In this document: positions 26,676 through 38,329 of the stretch, in pieces
Position numbering within the stretch: position 1 is the first letter of the stretch
Layout: every line of letters starts with the position of its first letter
Assembly (NCBI GenBank): GCA_050613775.1
Contig: JBODTK010000111.1
Location: 124,001 to 188,000 of the forward strand
Direction of reading: 5' to 3'
Length of the DNA: 64,000 nt
Source of the DNA: Neocallimastix sp. 'constans'
Lineage: Eukaryota
The notes under the pieces: generated by a model
Seen by the model: the letters and a program-made list of their open reading frames with translations, nothing else
Told to the model about the DNA's origin: nothing
Databases searched by the model: none
Made by a program: the position numbers and the translations under genes

Positions 26676-29600
26676 CTAATTTGTTTTGGTTGGCCAGAAA
26701 ACAGAACGTTGGAATGGATAATTTGGTAATTCTATTTTATGTAATGGATATATTTTTTTCGTTTTTGGATCTTGTCTTTTATGGAAGTTAGTCCAATTAA
26801 TAGAGTCACCCATTTTATAATTTTCTATGATATAATCAATGATAGTGTTTTCACATTCCTTCTCAATTGACATATTAAAGTTATATATTTTAAATTTACT
26901 TGTGTCCGAAATTTGTAATTTATCAGAAATACTATCCATCATTCCTTCAATCATACCACTTAAATGAGGTTGAATTGTAATGACATTCATTTCTTTTATA
27001 TTTTCACCATAGGTTTTAATTACATAATTACTACCTTTGGTCAAGTATTTAACCTTTAATTTTTCATTATTAAGAAATATTTTAGCCATAGAGATCCAAC
27101 AATTTAATGGTATCTTTTGACCAATCTTATATTTATGATGATTAGAAAGAATGAAAATATTTGATTCTAATGGAGTGAAACAATCACTGTTACTTTTGAA
27201 CCATTTTTTAATATATCTAAAAATAATTCCAGCCTTTGGTAAGGTTAAAAGCTTAAGGTATTGAGCAGCCGCACCAAAAGTAACACCACCAGCATTAAGT
27301 ATTGCTGAAAGTTCACCATAACCGTAACCAATAAGAAGGGGATTTTTAGAAACATGAATATCATTAATCATTTTATTAAAAGCATAATTCAAAGCTAGAA
27401 CAATGACATTTCCAAGATAGTCCATACCTTTTTTATCTTCTTTACCCAAATTGGTAATATCTTTAATAAGAGAATATTGTTTATTAGTTAATTTTTTTAT
27501 TTCTTTATCACATTCCTTGATGGCTTTTCTAAAGCATGGATAAACATCATATAAACCTAAAACAGTTTGGTAGACTTCTTCTGAAATATTTTTATGATTA
27601 CCTTCAGCATATATATAAACGTTCTGTTCCTGTAATTTATTAGATTTCTTTGATTTTACATCAGTGATATCATGATTAATAATATCAACATCCTTTTCTG
27701 ATTCACTTTCATATTCCTCATTTTCCTTATTTTTCTCATATTCATATTGATCTTGTAGTTTTTCCATTTCTTCCTCTAAATTGTTACAAAGTTCAAATGG
27801 ATTTCTTCCACTTGCCACTAATCTATATTTGAAATGTTGACGACCAATATTTGAGGTATAGCATAAATTACTAATGTCATCATCATCATTCATATTTTCT
27901 AAAATGTTAATATAACTTTCATATAAATCATATAAAGCTAAATAAGTCTTTGCACTAATAGTTAAAATATGATTTTCATTTGTTTCATAAACTTTTTCTT
28001 CCTTTTTAGGGATATATTGTTGAAGGAAGGTGACTATAATACTACCCTGTAAACCAAAGGAAGAAACTTGAGCAATAAGTGGTTCATCCTCGTTAGGAGA
28101 AGTCCATGGTATATGTTTTGTTGGTATCTTCATTGGAATAGCTGAAATATCAATTTCTGGGTTAAGTTTATTGAAATGAATATTCTTTGGAATAAGATTA
28201 TGTTTCATGGAAACGATGACCTTTGCAATACCGGCTAAACCAGCAGCTTCACAGGTATGGCCAATGTTTGATTTAATACTTCCGACAATTAAAGGATTTT
28301 CTTCCGTATGACTACCACCATAAACTTTATTAAGAGCATGAATTTCAATAGCATCACCTAATGGGGTACCTGTACCGTGAGCTTCAACGTAAGAAACTTG
28401 TTCTGGCTTGATTCCAGCAATTTTCATTGCCCTTTCAATATTAATAGCTTGTCCTTCATAGGAAGGAGCACTAATGGATTGTCTGAAACCACTTTGACCA
28501 CTAACAGAACTAAGAATAACAGTTAAAATATTGTCGTTATCACGAATAGCATCATCAAGACGTTTTAAAATAAAAGTAACACAACCTTCACTCTGAGCAA
28601 ATCCATCTGCACTTTCATCAAACGTAGCACAACGACCGTTTGGAGAAGTCATATGGGCAGAACATGTTTTATGGAATTCCTTGGAGGAATACATGTATTT
28701 TACACCAGTAACAATAGATAGATCACATTCACCATATTGCATAGCTCTACAAGCAGTATGAAGTGCAGAAGAACCAGTAGAGCAGGCCGTATCGATAGTG
28801 AAAGATGGACCAAAAAGTTTATAGAAATAGCTTAAACGTCCCGCAATACTACTTTGATTTAAGGTATGGGAAGCAACAGGTGGAACGATACCACATTCCT
28901 TTAATAGATCTTCATGTTCATGTTCATTATTAATACCGACATAGACACCGGTTAAAGTATTTTCTAAAGAATTTGGAGCAATACCTGCATTTTCTAATGC
29001 CTCCCAACTTGTTTCTAAGATCCAACGATGTCTAGGATCTAATGAGATAGCTTCTTCAGCAGTACAGTTAAAGAACGAGGCATCGAATTCTGAAGGTTTA
29101 GCAGCATTACTACGAGTATCATAACATCCAATTCGAGGAAGATAGTGTTCATCTGGACCTAACTCATTAAATGATTTGTTGACATAACCATGATGTAAAT
29201 CTCTAGTTTTAACTGGTGGCAAAACACAATCTCTTCCTTTGGCTAATGACATCCATAATGATTTAGAATTATTGATAGTACCTGGTAAACGTAATGCCAT
29301 ACCAATAATGGCGATTTTATCAGAAGTTTTGGAATTACTTTCCTTTGGCATTTGTATATTATTCATAGTTTTATTAATGTTAATGTTATCACTGTCATGA
29401 CCCGTTATATATTGAGCAAGAAGACTGGTGGTACCATAGTTAAAAAGAATAGCTGGAGAGTATCTCTCATTGAACTTTCTTGATAAAATATTGGTTAATT
29501 TAATAATAGCAAGAGAATCGATACTATAAACAGTAAATGGAGATTCTGGATCAAATTTTTCAAACTCTGGAGTTGAAGGAATAATTTCCTTTATTGACTC

Positions 29601-31269
29601 ATATATAATACGAATAGCTTTTTCATAGTCATAATCATTATTAGTCTGTTGATTTCTTTCAAAAGATTTATTAGAGTTTATTTCAGTATTTTCTTCTTCA
29701 TCTTCTTCATCTTCTTCATCTTCTTCATCTTCTTCATCTTCTTCGTCATGGTCACTTTTATCAAATGCACTTTCCATATCAAAATCAACGGTACTTTCAG
29801 TATCAACATCACTATTTGAATTAGCAACCTTTAAGGTATCTATTTCGGTATCTTCATCATCTATTGATTGAATTTCACCTGAAATAAGTTTAGAAATTCT
29901 CTTTAAGATATAGTCATATTCTAACTTAGCTACTCTTCTTGCTAAAGAACCCTTGGCTGTACGTGGGAATTTTTTACCATAATCAATAACAATAATATTG
30001 TTTAAAGTTAATTGTTTTGCCCATGAAGTTAAACTTTTAGAATCATCCATTAATAAGTTATAAATTGAATTCCATACTTGTTTCTGTGCTATTTTATTTA
30101 ATTTTCCAATCTCTGTTTGAGATAATGTAGATGAATCAATTGAAACATTCATTGGCTTTCCATCTTCTAAGATAATATTTTCCCATTGGGGTTCAACAAA
30201 GCAAACCACTTCGGTTTTAGTATCATCTAACATTAAGCAACAACAAGTAATATCATTACATTCTAAGGAAACAGTATTTTCAAATGGTAATGGATTCATT
30301 TTGAGACCAGTAGAGAAAACGATAATATCATCTAATCTTGAAATATATTTATATTTTCCTGATTTTGGACTACGATTCCAAATATCATTTGTTTTATAAA
30401 ACTTTTCACCGTTAATATAAATGAAAAGATCATCAGCTTCGATATCAGTGCGCATACCAGGCACATTAGATTCATAAAATTCATCCTTTTCAGCTTTTCT
30501 AATGTAACCAGTAGTCAAGGTTGGACTATGAACATACAATTCACCAATGTTTGGATCGTTATTATCAATGGGTTTAAAATAAATATCAATATGAGGATAT
30601 TTGGTAAGGTATGTTTCTTCTCCTGGAAGAGCTGGAACTGAGAAATCTGAGATCATAACTGGACCTGATTCAGATGAACCATATATTTGAGTAGTTCGAA
30701 AACCAAATGTTTCAAAGAACCAATTATCAATTTTATCACTCATAGGAGCACCACCAGTATTTAAAAAGTATTTACTTCTTGAGCAAAGAAATTTTTTCCA
30801 TTTTTCACAATGAGGATGATGACTATCAAATAACTTTTTAATTTCAGCTATATGAAATGGAAATAGAAGAGTATGATCTACATTAGTTTCAACCATATCA
30901 TCTAAAATGATTTCTGGAATGAAACCAATATCTCTTAACTGCTGAGTATGATAAACAACAGCGCCACCCATTTGAATATTATGAAGGACACACTTTTTAT
31001 ATCCTAAATCATGACTTGCTGGAGCATTAATCATAAAGGTTGGTTTATATTTTAAACCTTGTTGAACACAATAATTATAGCATTCACCTGATTGCATAGT
31101 AGTCATTGGAACAAACTTCATTTCTATTTTCATATAAATAATTATAATAATAATAATAATAATAATTATAATTATAATAATAGTTAGAGTTAATATAACA
31201 GTAATAATAATAATATATATTATTTATATTATTAATTTTATATAAATTAAAAAAAAAAAAAAAAAAAAG

Positions 31270-31307
<38 letters not shown>

Positions 31308-32243
31308 TATTACTTACTTGAGCATTGACCATTTTTAATAATAGCTTGAGTAGAAGAAGAGGTACCAATAATATATATAATATCAGTTTCATAACATTTA
31401 CGTTCAAATGATTTTCCTTGATTTTTTGCTTTTAAAATTTCATTTCTGAAACTTTCTCCATAAAGATTAACAGATAAAATTCCATCTTTTCCAGAATCTA
31501 AGTTCATTTCATTTTCGGTTAAAGGATGTTGCCATTTCCAAATCCATTCATCATTTTCTTCCATCATTTTTATATTTTCTTCATCATCGAAAGGTTTAAA
31601 ATTAACATCATAAAATATCATTTTTAAATTTAAGATTCTTGTCCAAAATTGTTTAACATCATTTCCTAATTTAACGGGAATTTGGACTACTGCGCAACGA
31701 TTATACCATAGAGCATAAACTAATAAATGATTAAGTGGGGTAAAATTTGCGATAATACCAACTCTACTATTTGGATAGAGATCATATTTTTTCTTTAAAA
31801 CATAAGCACAAGCCTTTACAAGAGCCCCAAATTCACGATAGCTTACTGTTAACCATGGTGACGGATATGATGGATTTGGTATACCATGAAATGGTTTCAT
31901 TAATAAATTCTCCTTTGCGACTATAGCGATATCATCTTCATCACTTTTAAAACGAAGATTCATTCTATCTACTATATTAGTTGTTTCATAAATAGTTTCA
32001 CTATTTCAAATTATTAATAATTTATTAAGAATTATTATTTTTATAATTCATTTTAATATATTAATAAACGGAATTAAAAATGAAATTCAAAAAAAAAAAA
32101 AAAAATATTATATTGTATTATAATGTTTAATAAATATAATATTAATACCCAATAAAGGAAATTACTTACGTTATTTTATCTTCACCACGTAAAAGTAGCT
32201 TTTTCTTGAGTTCTAAGTCATTTCCATATGCTGTTCTATCCAT
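26676..32243 (-). CDS. NRPS-like/PKS hybrid A-T(ACP)-KS-AT0, about 1734 aa; exons 32243-32170, 32000-31318, 31123-26676
   Basis: The exons sum to 5205 nt, in frame, with GTAAGT donors. A-domain motifs: YIIGTSSST, TGGAP, YGSSESG, YKTND, SRLDDII..GLKMNP, PRTAKG. Carrier: IDSL. KS: IAIIGMALRLPG, DTACS, EAHGTGT, KSNIGH. AT-like: GYGYGE. The protein ends at LPNYPFQRSVFW. Confidence 0.93.
29692..29745 (-). repeat. Coding 9-bp repeat encoding an acidic (DEE)n linker between A and T
   Basis: (TCTTCTTCA)n on the + strand encodes DEEDEEDEEDEEDEEDEE. Confidence 0.9.
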
Positions 32244-32591
32244 TTCTATGTATTATTTTTATTTTTTACTTTTTTTACTTTTTATTTCTAAAAATTAAAT
32301 TTCTTCAATAAATTAATTTAACAAATATTATAAAAATATTCTATACTTCAATAAAATCTATATTCTATGTTATAATGTTTAAATTAATAAATAAATTAAT
32401 TAAATTAAAATCACATAAATATTATTTTGCATAAATATGTTTAATGTTTTTATTAAATATACAATTTCCAAAAGTATATACTTATATTAATATCAAATTA
32501 ATATAAAAATTGATAATAATATATTTTTTTAAGAAATATACAAATAAAAATAAATATTATAAAATAAATATGCTTTCTTTGAATATTTATA

Positions 32592-32639
<48 letters not shown>

Positions 32640-33442
32640 TATATATATATATAAATTAAAAATAAAAAATTAAAAAGGTTTTTCAGAAATGGACCTTTTT
32701 TTTTTCCTACTCTATATTAAAGAAAATATCAAAAAATATTAATTTATTATTGGTTTCTTATCAATATAATATTTCAATTACATAGAAAAAATTTATATAT
32801 ATTAATAATAATAGAGTTATCATATTTTTAATTATATTCATATTCCAAAAAGTAATACAATTTAATGTTTCATCAATTATACCATTAATCAATAATTAAT
32901 AACATTTAAATAAAAAGAAATTTTCAAAGAAATATTTATATATAATTAAATCTTTTGTAATTATCTTTTTTTTTTATTAATAATTAAAGTTAAAGTTTCA
33001 GTTTTAATTTATTTTTTTTTTTTTTTTTTAAAAAATAAAAAAAAACTTAAAAAATAATAATATCAAATATTTTTAGATACATGAAGTTTAATATTAATAT
33101 ATATTTGTTTTAATTATAATACATAGTTATTTTATTTTATATTTATTTTATTTTATTCAATTTGTTCTTTATATTCATATTTCAAACATTTATTTTATTT
33201 TATTTTATTCAATCTGTTCTACATATTTATTTTTCAACATTATTATTATTATCATTGAATTTGTAATAATAATTGTATTTATAAAATTCATAATAATTCT
33301 AATATTTAAAAAAATATATTTAAATTAATAAAACAAATAATCTATTATATGGAAATTATTACTTTTTTTTTTTTAAAAGAAAAATAAATTTTAAATAAAA
33401 TAAGTATTATTAAGTATTAAAAATATAATTTTCATCATTCTT

Positions 33443-33478
<36 letters not shown>

Positions 33479-33500
33479 CATAGAACAATTTCGTTTGTGT

Positions 33501-33645
33501 CATTCAAGATACATTTATAGTTCATTGGTTATTCTTGATATTAAAAATTGATTAAAAACAAAAAAATAATTAAATAATTAAATTAAATAAAAATAGAAAA
33601 AATAAATTAAAAAGAAATTAGTTTTAAACCTTTTTTCTAAAGCAA

Positions 33646-33684
<39 letters not shown>
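33501..33684. repeat. Direct repeat of about 185 bp ending in poly-T, copy 1
   Basis: CATTCAAGATACATTTATAG...CTAAAGCAATATTAAT(T)n; near-identical to 34883-35073. Confidence 0.9.
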
Positions 33685-33689
<5 letters not shown>

Positions 33690-34003
33690 ATATATTGTTA
33701 TAATATAAAATTTTTGTAATTTATTGAAATTGATAAACTTTATTTATTATATTATAGAAGCTCAAGTATTAAAAGTGAATATAAAATGTGAAATTTATAC
33801 AATACATAATTTATATTTAATGTAAAACATGTATTTAAAATTATTAGTGTTAGTGCCACATTTTAAGTTAATAATTTTATATTATTATAATACAATAAGT
33901 TATTTATTTAAAAATAATGTAAAAGATGTTATTAAAATTATTATGAGCCACATATATGCTATTAATTTTATAAATACTAAATATGTAATTTAATAACAAT
34001 ATT

Positions 34004-34359
34004 AATATAAAAGCTATAAAAATTTCATAATATTAAACATTAAACTTTATTATAGAAAATTTAAAATATACAACTTCAGGAGGGATGTTAAAAATAAACT
34101 TTTTCTAAATTTATTATTAAATTTTCTTTAATAAACTTTTTCTAAATTTTTTCATTAGTTTACCATTTAAAAATTTGGAAAAACCGTCAACTAAATTATA
34201 ACCCTATAATATAAAAGCTATAAAAATTTCATAATATTAAACTTTATTTTTAACAACCCTCCTGAAGTTGTATATTTTAAATTTACTCTAATAAACTTTT
34301 TCTAAATTTACTCATAAGTTTACCTTTTAAAAATTTGGTAAAACCGTCAACTAAATTAT
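34004..34359. repeat. Tandem duplication whose internal ~52-bp segment is inverted between the copies
   Basis: Both copies share the flanks ATATAAAAGCTATAAAAATTTCATAATATTAAAC and AAAACCGTCAACTAAATTAT. The core reads CAACTTCAGGAGGG in copy 1 and CCCTCCTGAAGTTG in copy 2. Confidence 0.88.
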
Positions 34360-34361
34360 TT

Positions 34362-34875
34362 GTTGTTTTAGTATATTTTAACTTTATAATATTGTTTTCA
34401 ACTAACTCTCTTATTTTATGATATTTAATATCAATATGTTTGAACTTAGGATTGTTGGTATTATTTTTCGCAGTTATATATTGTAGCTTGATTGTCTGAA
34501 TTAATGATTGATTCTTTATTTTTTATTCCTAGTTCGTTTAGAATATTTTTTAATCATAGACATTCTTTAGCACATTCTACTATATCATCATAATATTCAC
34601 TTTCAGCAGTAGATAACGTAATATATTATTGTAACTTTGAAAACCAAATTATTGGACTGGAACCATAATATAAATTAAGTATATTCTAGTGGTTTCATCT
34701 CCTGCATAATATGCGTCTACAAATATTTTTAAATTTTTATCATTAGTGTATTTTATTCCATAATTTGGATTACCTTTTAGATACCTCAATTTTTTTTTCT
34801 TGACATTTTCCCAATCAAGTAAAGTTAAATATCAGACCTCGCGTAGCCAAATATAGTAAACTTTGATCAATTTTG
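34362..34875 (-). mobile_element. Ty1/Copia RT end and RNase H remnant
   Basis: SLLYLAT..LRYLKG....GIKY..IFVDAYYAGDETTR..PIIWFSKLQ*..TLSTAESEY..SDNQATI..KHIDIKYHKIRELV, with stops and frameshifts. Confidence 0.9.
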
Positions 34876-34882
34876 TTTGTAC

Positions 34883-35041
34883 CATTCAAGATACATTTAT
34901 AGTTTATTGGTTATTCTTGATATTAAAAATTGATTAAAAACAAAAAATAATTAAATAATTAAATTAAATAAAAATAGAAAAAAATAAATTAAAAAGAAAT
35001 TAGTTTCAAACCTTTTTTCCCTTTTTTCTAAAGCAATATTA

Positions 35042-35073
<32 letters not shown>
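34883..35073. repeat. Direct repeat of about 190 bp ending in poly-T, copy 2
   Basis: Matches 33501-33684 with an extra CCTTTTTT duplication. Confidence 0.9.
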
Positions 35074-35078
<5 letters not shown>

Positions 35079-36296
35079 ATATATAAATACATTATAATAA
35101 AAACAAAATACAAATAGATAAAAAATAAATTAAAAATTAATAGAGAAATTCTTTTATTAAATTCTTTTTTTTTTTTTTTATTTTTTATTTTTTAATAATA
35201 GAGATAATAATAATAATAAATAATAATAAATAAATAATAAATAAATAAATAATAAATAAATAATAAATAAATAATAAATAATAAATAAATAATAAATAAT
35301 AAATAAATAATAAATAAATAAATAATAAATAAATAATGATAATAATAATTAACATAATAAAACATATACAAATACAAGTTGATGGGTGGATAAAATTTCC
35401 AAAATTATAGGGAAATTTTATATATATTAAATTTTTAAATTATCGAAATAGTCCAATCTTCAAAAATACTATTATATATCAATCTTCAAAAAGGGTAATT
35501 ATTGTTATTTATTATTCATATTTATATTTAAACTAATTAAACATATATATATATATTTTAATTTTATTACAATAATTATTATTTTGAATTTCAAAATCAT
35601 ATTAAAATACATTTAAAATTATTGATAAAAAGTAATCAAAGACTATTTTTGATCAAAATTAGTTGTAACGATATTATTAAAGAATGAATATTTTAAAAAT
35701 AATAATTTTACTATAAATACTTTGTATTTCTTTGTGTTTATTCTATATCCACAATTTATTAATTTTTATTATTTAAAAGGAATTTTTTTAAATAATATAT
35801 ATTTCAAATATTTTCTTGATTTTATATTTTGATATTTTTTAAATAACTATTAAAAAAAATGATGAAACATTTTAAATTGTACTACTTCTTGGAATATGAA
35901 TTTTAATATAAGATTTATTATTAATTATATTATGATAATAAAATAGAAATAAAAATAAAAACTCTAATTAATAATAAATTAATGTTAATTAAGAAGTGTA
36001 GTAAAAGCATAAATTTATGTATTAATTTAGTTTTTATTTAATGAAAGTAATATTTATAGTTTAATATAGGAAAACTTTATTATAGTAAATAATTATAAAA
36101 GAGAAAAATACTAGAAATAGTTTAGTTCTTTTTCCAAGAATAATAAATACTTGGTTATAATAATTCTTGAGATAAAAGTATAAAAATAAATATCAGTTTT
36201 AGGAATAAATGTTAGTTTACATTTTAAATAATGATATGTAGTTGTAATTCTTCTAAATAAATATAATATAAATAAAATAATATAATAAATATAATA

Positions 36297-36959
36297 TATA
36301 TAAAATAATTTTTCATAAAACACATAAATTGTTATCCCTTTTTAAAAGAACAAACCTTAAAAAAACCGAACCTGAACTTCGTACTTTATCAATTATATAT
36401 ATAAATATATATATTATTAAAATTTAATTTAATATTAAAATAATAAATAAAATAAAAATAAAAATAAAAAATAAATGAATACAAAATAAAAAATAAAAAA
36501 TAAATGAATACAAAATAAAAAATAAAAAATATATGAAAGAATTATTAAAAATATATATATTATATTATATATACTTTTTTTTATTATTATTACATTAAAT
36601 TGTTTATTTATTTAATTATAATTATTTATTTATTAATATTAAATTAAATTTTAATAATATATATATTTATATATATAATTGATAAAGTACGAAGTTCAGG
36701 TTCGGTTTTTTTAAGGTTTGTTCTTTTAAAAAGGGATAACAATTTATGTGTTTTATGAAAAATTATTTTATATAAATATATATAATTAAATAAATAAACA
36801 ATTTAATGTAATAATAATAAAAAAAAAGTATAATATATATATTTTTAATAATTCTTTCATATATTTTTTATTTTTTATTTTGTATTCATTTATTTTTTAT
36901 TTTTTATTTTGTATTCATTTATTTTTTATTTTTATTTTTATTTTATTTATTATTTTAAT
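36297..36959. repeat. Interleaved inverted repeats A-B-A'-B'
   Basis: A (36297-36438) is the reverse complement of A' (36633-36774), 142 bp, including CCGAACCTGAACTTCGTAC. B (36434-36620) is the reverse complement of B' (36781-36959) with one ~8-bp indel. Confidence 0.92.
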
Positions 36960-37728
36960 TTTTGAATGTGATGCATTTCGATATAATTTATGTATAATCA
37001 ACATAAATTTTATACATGTGTATAATATATGCAATACGCCATAATTTTCAAAGAATATTTTTATTTATGGTAATTTAGTATTAAAAAAAATAAATTAAAA
37101 AAATACTAAATAAAAGAATAAATAAGTTTTCTGTTAAGAATTTTATTTTATTTTTATTTTCAATTATTTAATTAATTTTCATTTTATATTATTATTATAT
37201 TTTATTATTAAGTATTTTAAAAATAAAACCTTTCCATTTTATTTTATTTAAATAAAATAAATAAAATAGAATTTATTATAATATTAAATATGTTTTATTA
37301 ATAAAATTTAAATATTGATATTGATATTAATAAAATATGATATTGTTATTAATAAAATGGGGAGGTTGAATTTACACGTGATATATATAAATATGTGGCT
37401 TTAGCTATATTATGATATATAATATTATTTTATTTTATTATTTTGTTACTTCAATTTTTAAATTAATTATTAAGTGAATAATTAAATAAATCATATAATG
37501 GTTAGATTTTATGATTTTAATTCTTTTATTTAAATGTTATTAATAAAAGAAATATATAAAAATATAAATGTTATTAATAATTATTCTTTTATTTAAATTC
37601 TATTAATAAAAAAATTATATAAAAATATAAATGTTATTAAAAATGTAAATGTTATTAATAATAATACTTTTATTTAAATGTTATTAAAAAAAAATAATTA
37701 TAATGATAAAATTATTAATTATACATTG

Positions 37729-38259
37729 TATTTGAATATTTATTTAAACTGTTTAAATTTAATAAGCTTTATAAATTAGATTTTTGAATGACAGAATTTT
37801 GATTATTTCGTTTGGTCAAAATTAGTATTTTTAGTTTATAAATTTAATTAACATTTTAATTAATATTTTTATTTTATTACAACTTTTATTATAATTTTAA
37901 ATATTAAATAGGTTATTATAAATAAATAGGATATATTATATTATATATTGTTTATATAGTTTATGAATATAGTTTTAAAAAATTTTTATTTTTATAAGCC
38001 TCTTTTATATAGTTAATATTAAATCATGTATTTAATGTATTAAAATATTTATGATCCATCAAATGTATTTTGTATGTATAAATATTATTAAATTATGTAT
38101 TCTTAAAAAATGAGCCTTTTGCTTCAAATAAATAAAGTTAATAAATAAACAAATATTGATATTTTTTAACATATTTGAATATTTATTTAAACTGTTTAAA
38201 TTTAATAAGCTTTATAAATTAAATTTTTGAATGACAGAATTTTGATTATTTCGTTTGGT
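37729..38259. repeat. 88-bp direct repeats (37729-37816, 38172-38259) bracketing a dispersed repeat
   Basis: TATTTGAATATTTATTTAAACTG...GAATGACAGAATTTTGATTATTTCGTTTGGT occurs twice. The enclosed 37877-38159 resembles 62702-63007. Confidence 0.85.
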
Positions 38260-38329
38260 TATTCCTCATTTCTTAATTATTTATTATTAAGTAATATTTA
38301 TATTATATTTTTTTAGATCAGTTAAACAA

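Noticed and set aside
31084..31407. 107-aa ORF
   Set aside because: Alternate-frame read-through of PKS intron 2 microsatellites.
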